Part shown: positions 1 to 8,939 of the stretch, piece after piece
How the letters are laid out: each line of letters starts with the position of its first letter
Numbering within the stretch: position 1 is the first letter of the stretch
Assembly: GCA_037147135.1 (NCBI GenBank)
Contig: JBAWVU010000003.1
Span: 1 to 32,947, forward strand
Direction: 5' to 3'
Origin: Chloroflexota bacterium
GTDB lineage: Bacteria; Chloroflexota; Limnocylindria; Limnocylindrales; CSP1-4
DNA: 32,947 nt
The notes under the pieces: model-generated
Told to the model about the DNA's origin: nothing
What the model saw: only the letters and a program-made list of their open reading frames with translations
The model's database searches: none
Translations under genes and position numbers: made by a program

Positions 1-2
1 GG

Positions 3-635
3 GTGGGGCGGGATCGGGGCGATGAGGAGGACCGCCACGATCGCCGCGATGAAGGTCACGGCGTCGAAGGCATATGCCGCTGCCGTGCCCAGCGTCGCGA
101 TGAGGAGGCCGCCGAGGGCCGGTCCGGCGACCCCGACCGCCTGGAAGCTCAGCTGCGAGAGGGCGATCGCCGCCGTGAGCCGCTCGCGGGGGACGAGCCG
201 TGGGATGGCGGACCCGCGCGCTGGCTGGTCCACTGCCCCGAGCCCCGCGGCCACGAACGCCACGACGTACAGGAGCACCACCGGCGGCGACGGCCAGAGT
301 GCAAGGCAGAAGAGCGCGAGGCTCGCGGCGGTGAGGCCGAGCTGCGTGACGAGCAGGAGCCGGCGGCGATCGACCGCATCGGCGACCGCTCCTCCGCCGA
401 GCGCGAACACGAGGATCGGGACGAGCTGGACGAGCGCGAGCAGCCCGACCGCGAGCGTGCTCCCGGTGAGCACGTAGAGCTGGTACGCGAGCGCGACGGC
501 CGTGACCATCCGGCCGGCGCCGCTGATGAGCTGGCCGGTCCAGAGGAGCCGGAAGTCGCGATCACGCCGGAGGGGCTCGAGGTCGACGAGGATCCCGCGC
601 AGGCGCCGACCCGGCCGGCCGTCGGCTGCGCTCAC
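3..635 (-). CDS. MFS transporter (EntS/DHA3-like), 3' end runs off the window
   Basis: My own translation from GTG at 635: VSAADGRPGRRLRGILVDLEPLRRDRDFRLLWTGQLIS...GGAVADAVDRRRLL (MFS motif A), followed by successive TM helices. It is not in the ORF track because there is no stop inside the window. Confidence 0.85.
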   Translation of the reverse strand, partial: MSAADGRPGRRLRGILVDLEPLRRDRDFRLLWTGQLISGAGRMVTAVALAYQLYVLTGSTLAVGLLALVQLVPILVFALGGGAVADAVDRRRLLLVTQLGLTAASLALFCLALWPSPPVVLLYVVAFVAAGLGAVDQPARGSAIPRLVPRERLTAAIALSQLSFQAVGVAGPALGGLLIATLGTAAAYAFDAVTFIAAIVAVLLIAPIPPH

Positions 636-730
636 GAGGGCCGAGCCGAGATGCGATCGGTCGTCGAGGAGATCGTCGCCCGGGCGCTTCCGGAGCGGTG
701 GCGCGCGAAACGGACGGGCGCGACGCGACG

Positions 731-757
731 GCGTCGCGGGCCCGGGGCCCGCGACGC
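731..757 (-). terminator. GC-rich stem-loop downstream of the YtxH-like gene
   Basis: Perfect 12-bp inverted repeat GCGTCGCGGGCC / GGCCCGCGACGC with a 3-nt loop, about 30 nt past the stop at 786. No adjacent U-tract. Confidence 0.4.
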
Positions 758-785
758 TCGCAGATCCGCCTCGTGGGACGGGATG

Positions 786-1088
786 CTAGGCGCCGGCGGC
801 GTCCACGGCAGCCTCGACCGTCGCGCCGGCTGCGGAGACCGCCTCCGCAGCGGCTGCCGGGGCGTCCGCGACAGCCTCGACCGCCTCCTGCGACTTCGGC
901 TGCAGCTGCTTCATCTGGTCCGTGACCGTCGCCTGGACCTCGCGGAGGGTCTTCTCGACCTTGGCGCCGACGTCCTGCATCTGCTGGTTGAGGTCGGCCC
1001 GATCCTCCTCGGTCATCCGGTCCGCCATGGCGTACGCGGCAGCGGCACCGGCGACCACTCCGACGATGAGCCCCACGATGAACTTCAT
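786..1088 (-). CDS. YtxH-like small membrane-anchored helical protein
   Basis: MKFIVGLIVGVVAGAAAAYAMA: Gly-rich N-terminal anchor followed by a Q/E/K/A-rich coiled region. GGAGG lies upstream of the ATG at 1088. Confidence 0.7.
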   Translation of the reverse strand: MKFIVGLIVGVVAGAAAAYAMADRMTEEDRADLNQQMQDVGAKVEKTLREVQATVTDQMKQLQPKSQEAVEAVADAPAAAAEAVSAAGATVEAAVDAAGA

Positions 1089-1204
1089 GCGTTGCCTCCG
1101 ATCGATGGTGTCCGACGCGCGACGGCACGCCGCGCTGGCTCGCTGCCTGCCTATCTTCGCCTGTTTGTCGAGCGGGGACAGCGGCCGTTCGGACGTATAG
1201 TCGG

Positions 1205-1939
1205 GTGACCGTGCACACCAACGATCCGCGGACGCTCGTCTCACCGGTCCGCCGCCCCACCGAGCGCCCACGCGTCCTCGCCGTGATCCCGGCCTTCGAG
1301 GAGGGGCCGCGCGTCGGCGTCGTCGTGGCCGGTGCGCTCGCTCACCTGCCCGTCCTCGTCATCGACGACGGCTCGACGGACGACACCGCCGCCCGCGCTC
1401 GCGAGGCAGGAGCGACCGTCCTCGTGCAGGTCCCGAACCAGGGGAAGGGCGCCGCGCTGCGGACGGGATTCACCCGGGCGATCGCCGAGGGGTACGAGGT
1501 GGTCGTCACGCTCGACGCCGACGGCCAGCACGACCCGGCGGAGATCCCTGCGTTCCTCGCCGCATACGCCGACGGCCGCCCGGACCTCGTCGTCGGGATG
1601 CGCGACTTCCGCCGCATGCCGCCCATCCGGAGGCTCTCGAACGACCTCGGCGGCAGGGCGCTGTCCCGGGCGGTCGGCCGGCCGATCCCGGACAACCAGT
1701 CGGGCTATCGGCTGCTGGGGCGACGGCTCATGGAGGCGCTGCGCGGCAGCGACGAGGACGGGTTCGAGTTCGAGGTCGAGATGATCACGACGTGCGTCCG
1801 CGAGGGCTGGACGATCGCGTGGGTACCGATCCGGACGATCTACGCGGGCGAGCCCAGCCACATCCGGCCCTGGGCGCACTTCACGAGCTTCGTGCGGATG
1901 GTCCGGCAGGCGCGGCGGGACGTGCGGCGGCGCACCTGA
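1205..1939 (+). CDS. Glycosyltransferase family 2 (DPM1-like)
   Basis: Motifs VIPAFEE, IDDGSTD, NQGKGAA, LDADGQH, DNQSGYR and FEFEVE. TATAGT at 1196-1201 suggests the start may be GTG 1211. Confidence 0.9.
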   Translation: MTVHTNDPRTLVSPVRRPTERPRVLAVIPAFEEGPRVGVVVAGALAHLPVLVIDDGSTDDTAARAREAGATVLVQVPNQGKGAALRTGFTRAIAEGYEVVVTLDADGQHDPAEIPAFLAAYADGRPDLVVGMRDFRRMPPIRRLSNDLGGRALSRAVGRPIPDNQSGYRLLGRRLMEALRGSDEDGFEFEVEMITTCVREGWTIAWVPIRTIYAGEPSHIRPWAHFTSFVRMVRQARRDVRRRT

Positions 1940-1992
1940 CGCGCTGGATGGTCAGGACACGCCCCGGCCCGTCGGGGCTCGTCAGCCGTCCT

Positions 1993-3723
1993 TCAGCCGT
2001 CCTTTGGCATCAGCGCCTCGACGGCGTCCTCCACGGTGGCGAAGATCCGGTCCGCGGGGACCCCCAAGTGCTGCGGCGTGACGTGCTCCGGCATCAGGGC
2101 GAGCCGCAGTCGGGCGATCCCGAACTCGATCCCCTCCCTCTTCAGGAGGATCGCGACGTACGCGATGGAAGCAGCCCCGGTGAAGTCGACGTCGTCGACC
2201 CCCTCGGCATCGAGGACGAATACCCTGGGCGGACTGTCCGCTTCGGTGGTGACGGCCCGCACCCGATCACGGAACGTCATGGCGTTGGCGAAGTAGATCG
2301 GCGCACCGGGGGCGAGCACCTTCACGTCGGGGGCCTCCTCCGCGGCGGGGATCGCATCCGCTCCGAGAGGCACCCAGCTCGTCGTGCCCGGCACCTTCCC
2401 GAGGGTCGCGTCATGCGGCCGAGCGCTGAGGCGCGTCCGTTCGATGACCGCGAGGGCGATGGCGACGATGATGCCGAACTCCGTGCCCACGAACGCGACG
2501 GCGACGAGCGTGAAGATCGCGAGCGCGAACTCGACCTTGTCGAAGATGCGGATCTTCCGGAGCACGTCGACGTGGATGATCCGGGAGCCGACGAAGGCGA
2601 GGATCGCCCCAAGGGTCGCGCTGGGGAGGTCGGCGAGCAGCCCGGTGGCGACCATGATGATCCCGCCGATGATCGCCACGGCGACGAGGCTGCTGACCTG
2701 CGAGCGGCCGCCCGACTGCGCGACTACCGCGGTCCGCGGCGGGCTGGCGTTCACGGCGAACGACCCGACGAACGAGGCCGCGACCGAGCCGGCCCCGACC
2801 GCGAGGAAGTCGCGGTTCATGTTCACCTCGTACCCGCCGAGGTCGGCGAACGATCGCGACGTCGCGGCCGTCTGCATGATGCAGACGAGGGCGACGGTCA
2901 GCGCGACGGGCATGAGGCGGACGAGATCCTCCGGGTTGATGGCCGGGATCGCGAGCGGAGGCAGTCCCGCCGGTAGTCCGCCGAGGACCGCGACACCCTT
3001 CGTCGTGAGGTCGAAGACGTTGACGGCGAAGATGGACACGACGAGGCCGATGAGCGCGCCGGGGATCTTGGGGCTGATCCGCTCGCAGACGATGACGATG
3101 GCGAGCACGACGACGCCGATCGCGACCGAGTACCAGTTCGCGACGTCCAGGTGCTGGACGACGGACCAGACCTGTTCGAGCGGGTCGCCCGGTACCTTCG
3201 GCACCCCGAAGATGTCCGGCAGCTGCCCGGCGATGATCGTGATCCCGATCCCGGCGAGGAAGCCGATGGTGACCGGGGTCGAGAGGAGGTCGGCGATCCA
3301 GCCCATCTTCGTGAGGCCGACCGCGACGAGGATCGCCCCGACCATGAGCGCGAGCAGGATGGTCGCGCTCGCCGGGTCCATTCCCCCCACGATGGCCACC
3401 CCGGAGATGCCGGCCGCGAAGATCGGCGCGATCGTGGAGTCCGCGCCCACGGACATCTGGCGGCTGGACCCGAGGAGCGCGATCGCCAGGCCACCGCAGA
3501 TGAACGCGTAGAGGCCGGTCTGGACGGGCATCCCGGCGAGCCGGGCGGTGGCCATCTGCTCGGGGATCGCGATGGCGACGAGCGTGATGCCGGCGATGAT
3601 GTCGCCGACCAGCCAGGCCTTCTGGTAGCCGGTGAGCGACGAGAGGATCGGGAGGTCGCGGCGCCTGGCCCTCGCAGCGACCGGGGCCACGGGTGCGGGA
3701 CTCGCCACAGGCTGACCGGACAT
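1993..3723 (-). CDS. SulP/SLC26 family anion transporter with C-terminal STAS domain
   Basis: GDIIAGITLVAIAIPEQMATARLAG, GLY, many TM segments, and STAS motifs PIYFANA and DVDFTG. ATG at 3723 is preceded by GGGGAG. Confidence 0.92.
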   Translation of the reverse strand: MSGQPVASPAPVAPVAARARRRDLPILSSLTGYQKAWLVGDIIAGITLVAIAIPEQMATARLAGMPVQTGLYAFICGGLAIALLGSSRQMSVGADSTIAPIFAAGISGVAIVGGMDPASATILLALMVGAILVAVGLTKMGWIADLLSTPVTIGFLAGIGITIIAGQLPDIFGVPKVPGDPLEQVWSVVQHLDVANWYSVAIGVVVLAIVIVCERISPKIPGALIGLVVSIFAVNVFDLTTKGVAVLGGLPAGLPPLAIPAINPEDLVRLMPVALTVALVCIMQTAATSRSFADLGGYEVNMNRDFLAVGAGSVAASFVGSFAVNASPPRTAVVAQSGGRSQVSSLVAVAIIGGIIMVATGLLADLPSATLGAILAFVGSRIIHVDVLRKIRIFDKVEFALAIFTLVAVAFVGTEFGIIVAIALAVIERTRLSARPHDATLGKVPGTTSWVPLGADAIPAAEEAPDVKVLAPGAPIYFANAMTFRDRVRAVTTEADSPPRVFVLDAEGVDDVDFTGAASIAYVAILLKREGIEFGIARLRLALMPEHVTPQHLGVPADRIFATVEDAVEALMPKDG

Positions 3724-3854
3724 CGCTCGCTCCCCCGACACCGCACGCCGCGGCGCTGATCCTCGCGCACTGGCGGCACCGTAGCACCCCGGAGAGGAGG
3801 CGGAGGAACCCCGGGCGCGGCTGGTCGGCGCGAGAGCGAGCCCCTGGGTCGCGC

Positions 3855-4535
3855 TCAGGAACGAGCGACGATCCGGGAGGCCAGCACGACGAGGATCGTG
3901 ACCGAGAGGACGGTCTGGAGCATCATCACGAGCTTCGCGCGCCGGTCCACCGGCGTCTCGATCGTGGGCCCGAACGTCATGGTCGTGTTGAACGCGAGGA
4001 AGAGGTAGTCCACGAGCCCTCGCTCCGGCTGCTCGCCGCTCCGCGCGGGGAAGGCGAAGACCTCTTCGGGCGTGGTCACGTCGAGGATGACGTACGACAT
4101 CGTGAAGACCGCGATGTTGAGGGCGAGGGCGGATGCGAGATCGGCGAGATACCAGAGGCTGTGCGGCGCCTCCGCCTGGGTCGCGAGCACGAGGAGCACC
4201 ACGTCCTCGACGATCTCCAGCGTGACGACGATCACGTAGACGCGGAGCAGCCGGACCGCGAGCCGGTAGCGGCTCGCGCGCCACGCGGCGAACGCCCCGA
4301 GGGCGATGAGCGCGAAGCCGGCCACCAGGAGGAGCTCCCCGGCGTGGACCGCGTCGCGGACCGTCGGCTCCAGGTAGCGCGACACTCCCAGCTGCTGCGA
4401 GACGATGAGTGCGAGCACCTCGACGATGACCACGAGCACGAGGAGCCCGCGCCCCGCACGCGCGACCGCGGCCATGACGGCGGGCGGCACGTCCGTGGTC
4501 GTCATCGGATCTGCGGGATGGGGTCCGGCGATCAT
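3855..4535 (-). CDS. DUF1345-like membrane protein
   Basis: Several TM helices, then FAFP...DYLFLAFNTTMTFGPT...LMMLQTVLS, which is typical of DUF1345. ATGA overlap with the upstream FUSC gene. Alternative start at 4505. Confidence 0.65.
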   Translation of the reverse strand: MIAGPHPADPMTTTDVPPAVMAAVARAGRGLLVLVVIVEVLALIVSQQLGVSRYLEPTVRDAVHAGELLLVAGFALIALGAFAAWRASRYRLAVRLLRVYVIVVTLEIVEDVVLLVLATQAEAPHSLWYLADLASALALNIAVFTMSYVILDVTTPEEVFAFPARSGEQPERGLVDYLFLAFNTTMTFGPTIETPVDRRAKLVMMLQTVLSVTILVVLASRIVARS

Positions 4536-5596
4536 GGGGCCGAGGATAGTCGCCCGGGGATCGGAACGAGGTCGTCCGCGTCGTCGGCGTCCTCGGCGCT
4601 GGCGTTCCCCCTGCCGCGATGGCCCACGACCCAGCTGACGGCCGCCGCGACGGCCACCGTGGCGGAGATCGCCACGAGGTTCGTGACGAACCGCACGACC
4701 GCGGTGGACTCGGCGGCATCGGTCGATCCACTCGCGAGGATGAACGCGATCGACATGAATGAGGTGAGGAAGTAGGGCCGAGTGCTCGTCGCCTGGTAGG
4801 CGGCGAGGGCGACGGCCACGGCGGTAAGGATCGTGAAGACGGCCTGCGTGTGGACGACCTGGACGATGAGGAGCGAAGCCGCCACGCCGATGATCACCGC
4901 GATCGCGCGCTTGGAGGCTCGGCCGGCCGTGCCCCCTGTCGGCTGCGCGACGATGAGGATCGCGAGCACCGCCCAGTAGCCGTGCGGGATGTCGAGCGCG
5001 ACCGTCACGCCCGTCGCGACCGAGATGAGCCCCGCGAGCAGGACGCCGTAGACGACGGCCCACGTCGCGGGGATCCGCGCCCGGGCACGTGGCGGTCCCT
5101 TCCGGACGGCCCTGGCGACGATCGCCCCGTAGATGCCGCCCCCCGTGAACATCAGGGTGACCAGCAGCAGGTCGCCGGCCGGGACGGGGCGCGCGATGAA
5201 GACGCAGGCGCTCAGTGCCACCAGGGTGCCCGCGCGGTGGTACCCGACGACGCTGACCAGGCCGACACACAGGGCGAGCGCTCCCATCCACAGCGCGAGC
5301 GGCAACGGCTCGTGGCCCAGCTGGAGGGTGACGAGGACGGCGAGCCCCGAGATCAGCGCGGCCGGGAACGAGACGGACGCCGCCATCGGCATCGCCATGA
5401 TGAGGACGAACGCGGCCCCCATGACGCCGTAGAAGGCGAGCGAGTGGTAACCGAGCCAGATCGCGATGAGCGCTGGGACCGCGATGACCGCGAGCAGGGT
5501 GACCGCGAGCTCGATCCTCTCGCGCTGGGGTCGGGGGCTGCGGGCCGCGTGAGGCGTGCCGACGGCTCGTCGCGCAGGATCGGCGGGCTCGGGCAT
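4532..5596 (-). CDS. FUSC family (aromatic acid exporter-like) membrane protein
   Basis: About 10 TM segments and HGYWAVLAILIVAQP...RAIAVIIG, a FUSC_2 signature. GAGGAG RBS before ATG 5596. Confidence 0.8.
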   Translation of the reverse strand: MPEPADPARRAVGTPHAARSPRPQRERIELAVTLLAVIAVPALIAIWLGYHSLAFYGVMGAAFVLIMAMPMAASVSFPAALISGLAVLVTLQLGHEPLPLALWMGALALCVGLVSVVGYHRAGTLVALSACVFIARPVPAGDLLLVTLMFTGGGIYGAIVARAVRKGPPRARARIPATWAVVYGVLLAGLISVATGVTVALDIPHGYWAVLAILIVAQPTGGTAGRASKRAIAVIIGVAASLLIVQVVHTQAVFTILTAVAVALAAYQATSTRPYFLTSFMSIAFILASGSTDAAESTAVVRFVTNLVAISATVAVAAAVSWVVGHRGRGNASAEDADDADDLVPIPGRLSSAP

Positions 5597-5683
5597 GGGC
5601 TCCTCGCCGCGGGGCGGTTCGTGAAGGGACCGCGGAGCATCGTAGCACCGGGCCGTGCCCGGACGGGGCGGGTCACGGCGCCC

Positions 5684-5728
5684 CGCCGTGCCGACGCGGC
5701 ACACGCCGTGCCGACGCGGCACACGCCG
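5684..5728. repeat. 20-bp tandem repeat (2.25 copies), each copy palindromic
   Basis: CGCCGTGCCGACGCGGCACA at 5684-5703 and 5704-5723, plus CGCCG. The internal dyad is GTGCCG-ACG-CGGCAC. Confidence 0.9.
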
Positions 5729-5755
5729 CCTGCCGCGAACCGATAGCCTCAGTGC

Positions 5756-6460
5756 GTGACCACCTGGCAGCGCCACGCGAAGATCGCGTTCATCGGCTCG
5801 CACGGGATCCGCAAGACGACCGCGGCCCACGCGTTCGCGAACACCATGCAGCGCGCCGGACGATCGGCCGAGTACGGGCGCGAGGTCGTGCGGGACAACC
5901 CGCTCGGGTTCAACGAGGGAGCGACCGGCGAGGCGCAGCTCTGGGTGCTCGTGTCGCAGGTCCGCCAGGAGCTGGAGCTCACGCCCAAGGCGGAGGTGCT
6001 CGTCACGGACCGCGGCGTCGTCGACAACTTCGCCTACTACCTGCGGGCGTGCGGGATGACCGACCCATTCGATGTCGAGCCGCTCGTCCGCGCGTGGGCC
6101 CGCACCTACGACCTCGTCGTCCGCCTCACGCCGGACATCGCCCTGCGGCCGGACGGCGTCCGCAGCACCAACGACGCCTTCCGCGACGAGATCGAGGCGA
6201 TCCTCGATGCGCGACTCCCGCTCCTCCTGCGCCCCGACCGGCTCGTGACGATCCCGGCGTCCCTCGTGACGGACACGTACGACTGGTGGCCGCTCGCGGA
6301 GCACCTCGCGGCGATCGTCGGCCAGCCGCTCCTCGCCGAAGGGGTGGCGGCACGGCGGCGGCCGCGGCGCCGCGGCCCGGCGGAGGGCACCCCGGCCACC
6401 GGCACGCCCGGCGCCGAGAGCCCGCAGCTCGCGCTCGACCTCGGGGACGAGCGCGGCTGA
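5756..6460 (+). CDS. AAA_28/NadR-like P-loop nucleotide kinase-fold protein
   Basis: IAFIGSHGIRKTT P-loop, REVVR, LVTDRGVVDNFAY, YDLVV and DGVRS lid. TAGCCT lies 6 nt before the GTG. Confidence 0.75.
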   Translation: MTTWQRHAKIAFIGSHGIRKTTAAHAFANTMQRAGRSAEYGREVVRDNPLGFNEGATGEAQLWVLVSQVRQELELTPKAEVLVTDRGVVDNFAYYLRACGMTDPFDVEPLVRAWARTYDLVVRLTPDIALRPDGVRSTNDAFRDEIEAILDARLPLLLRPDRLVTIPASLVTDTYDWWPLAEHLAAIVGQPLLAEGVAARRRPRRRGPAEGTPATGTPGAESPQLALDLGDERG

Positions 6461-6461
6461 C

Positions 6462-7751
6462 TCAGAACATCGTCGAGCACCACGGCGTGCGGTCCGCGGC
6501 GAAGAGCGCATCGGCTCGACGGATCGCGCCGGGGCGCAGCTCGGCGACGCGGCCGGCGGCGGCCAGCTCGCGGAACGGGATGCCCCCGAGGTAGACGGCA
6601 CCGAGGGCCGCAGCGTCGAGCGCGAGGTCAGCGGGGGCTTCGGTCCGACCGACTTCCGCCGGCCGGGTCGCGCCGGCCGGCTCGGACCCGATCCCGCCCG
6701 CGGACTTGAGGCGCCACCGACCGGCGTTCCACGGGCAGAAGTCGTCGGAGAGGTCGAGGACAAGGTCGCCGTCGGCGGCGTAGCGGCGGCCGGCGAGCGC
6801 GGCGGGCAGGTCGACGATCCGGAGCCAGAGCCCGTCGAGCACAGTGAGCCCCAGGCGCCGCGGCTCCGCGAGGACGTGGAAGATCGGCGGCGGCACGGGG
6901 AGATGGTCCGCGCGGATCCGGCCGACGAGGTCGATGTCGAAGAGCCAGCGCCAGATGTCGCGCTCCGCTCGCGGCGTGGCGGCGATCACCTCGCGGACCA
7001 GCAGCTCGCTCTTGGGGCCGCGCTCGTCCCATGCCTCGCGGACACGGTAGAACGCGTAGCCCTCGGGCGTGCCGTCCACCTCGTAGAGCCCGAAGAACTT
7101 GGGGCTCGCCCCCTGTCGCCGGAACTCGGCGTCGTGGACGACCTCCCAGCGCCACCAGTCCTCCGAACGGGTCAGCGCGCCGGGAGTGACCACCCTCACC
7201 GCCTCGTAGGCGATCGACAGCAGGCGGACCGCGTCCTCGCCGTCGACCATGCGGATCCGGCCCTCCGGCGGGGCGGGGTACGAGAAGGCCGTCCGGGTCC
7301 GGTCCACGTCGAAGGTACCGCTCAACGTCGCGAGCCCGTACCCGAAGCGCTGGTAGATCGCGCCCTCGGACGCCCAGAGCACCGCGACCGGCTCGCCGCG
7401 GCCGTGCACGTCGTCGAGCTGCTGGCGCATGAGCCGCCGGAGGATCCCTCGCCGGTGATGGCTGGGGCTCACCCCGACGAGGGTGACGCCGGCTGCGCCG
7501 ACCTCGCCGCCCGGGACGGTGAGCCGGAACGTGAAGGCACCGGCGCAGCCGACCGGGTCATCGCCCTCGTATGCGGCGACGACCCGGTCCGCCTCGACGG
7601 TATGGGCCTGGACCTCCCATTCGGGGTCCGTCCACTCGAAGGCGAACGCGCGGGTGAGCGGGGAGAGGGAGCGTCGGAGGGTCTCGGGCGTCGCGATCCG
7701 CAGCTCGATCCCATCGGCGGCCGGCGGTTTGGGAGATGTGCTGTCACTCAT
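6462..7751 (-). CDS. eis: Eis-family GNAT acetyltransferase (GNAT-GNAT-SCP2)
   Basis: VGVSPSHHRRGIL acetyl-CoA motif, LWASEGAIYQRFGYG, DGLWLRIVD, D..CPWNAGRW, and C-terminal PWCSTMF. Confidence 0.9.
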   Translation of the reverse strand: MSDSTSPKPPAADGIELRIATPETLRRSLSPLTRAFAFEWTDPEWEVQAHTVEADRVVAAYEGDDPVGCAGAFTFRLTVPGGEVGAAGVTLVGVSPSHHRRGILRRLMRQQLDDVHGRGEPVAVLWASEGAIYQRFGYGLATLSGTFDVDRTRTAFSYPAPPEGRIRMVDGEDAVRLLSIAYEAVRVVTPGALTRSEDWWRWEVVHDAEFRRQGASPKFFGLYEVDGTPEGYAFYRVREAWDERGPKSELLVREVIAATPRAERDIWRWLFDIDLVGRIRADHLPVPPPIFHVLAEPRRLGLTVLDGLWLRIVDLPAALAGRRYAADGDLVLDLSDDFCPWNAGRWRLKSAGGIGSEPAGATRPAEVGRTEAPADLALDAAALGAVYLGGIPFRELAAAGRVAELRPGAIRRADALFAADRTPWCSTMF

Positions 7752-7934
7752 GGCTGCATGGTCGCAGCGCCGCGCCGCCGCGTCGAGCGCCGTTGGTCAC
7801 GACGAACCGGTCGACGACGCCTCGGCGGCGGCCGCGGTGGCGGGGCCCCGCCGATCCCGGACACGTGAAGCTGCTCCCGGGCACCTGACGCCGCGCCCGG
7901 GCACGCGACGCCGCGCGGGACCTAGACTGGCCAC

Positions 7935-8912
7935 ATGGCCACGACCGACCCCGCCGCGCCGCTGCGCGAGCCGTACCCGCCCATCGAGCCGCACGCGAGC
8001 GGCCACCTGCGCGTCTCGGACCTCCACGAGGTCTACTGGGAGGAGTCCGGCCGACGGGACGGCACTCCGGTCGTCTTCGTGCACGGCGGGCCGGGCGGCG
8101 GCACCTCGCCCGACCAGCGCCGGTTCTTCGACCCGTCGGCCTACCGGATCGTCCTGTTCGACCAGCGCGGCTGCGGCCAGAGCCGGCCTCACGCGAGCCT
8201 CGAAGCGAACACGACGTGGGACCTGGTCGCGGACATGGAGCGCATCCGCGAGCACCGCGGGATCGACCGCTGGGTCGTCTTCGGCGGCTCGTGGGGGAGC
8301 ACGCTCGCGCTCGCCTACGCGGAGGCGCACCCGGACCGGGTCCGCGCCCTCGTCCTGCGCGGCATCTTCCTGCTGCGCCCGCACGAGCTCCGCTGGTACT
8401 ACCAGGAGGGCGCGTCGTACGTGTTCCCCGACCTGTGGGAGGCATTCGTCGCGCCGATCCCGGAGGCGGAGCGCGGCGACCTCATGGCGGCCTACCACCG
8501 CCGCCTCGTGGGCGAGGACCGGGAGGAGCGGCTGCGCGCCGCCCGGGCCTGGAGCGTCTGGGAGGGCTCCACGAGCTGGCTTTTCCTCGACCCGTCGCGA
8601 GCGACGTCGTTCGGCGAGGACGACTTCGCGGAGGCATTCGCGCGGATCGAGAACCACTACTTCGTGAACGACGGGTTCTTCCGGGTGCCGGACCAGCTCC
8701 TCGACGAGGTCGATCGGATCCGGCACATCCCGGCGGTGATCGTCCAGGGCCGGTACGACATGTGCTGCCCCATGACGACGGCGTGGGACCTGCACCGGCG
8801 CTGGCCGGAGGCCGACTTCGTCGTGGTGCCCGATGCCGGCCATGCCGCGGCCGAGCCGGGGACGATGGATCGGCTCGTGACCGCGACCGATCGCTTCCGC
8901 GACGCGGTCTGA
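7935..8912 (+). CDS. pip: Proline iminopeptidase (peptidase S33)
   Basis: HGGPGGG, FDQRGCGQS, FGGSWGS nucleophile elbow, QGRYD and AGH catalytic residues. Confidence 0.95.
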   Translation: MATTDPAAPLREPYPPIEPHASGHLRVSDLHEVYWEESGRRDGTPVVFVHGGPGGGTSPDQRRFFDPSAYRIVLFDQRGCGQSRPHASLEANTTWDLVADMERIREHRGIDRWVVFGGSWGSTLALAYAEAHPDRVRALVLRGIFLLRPHELRWYYQEGASYVFPDLWEAFVAPIPEAERGDLMAAYHRRLVGEDREERLRAARAWSVWEGSTSWLFLDPSRATSFGEDDFAEAFARIENHYFVNDGFFRVPDQLLDEVDRIRHIPAVIVQGRYDMCCPMTTAWDLHRRWPEADFVVVPDAGHAAAEPGTMDRLVTATDRFRDAV

Positions 8913-8939
8913 CGGCGTCGCGGAGATCGAGCTCTCCGG

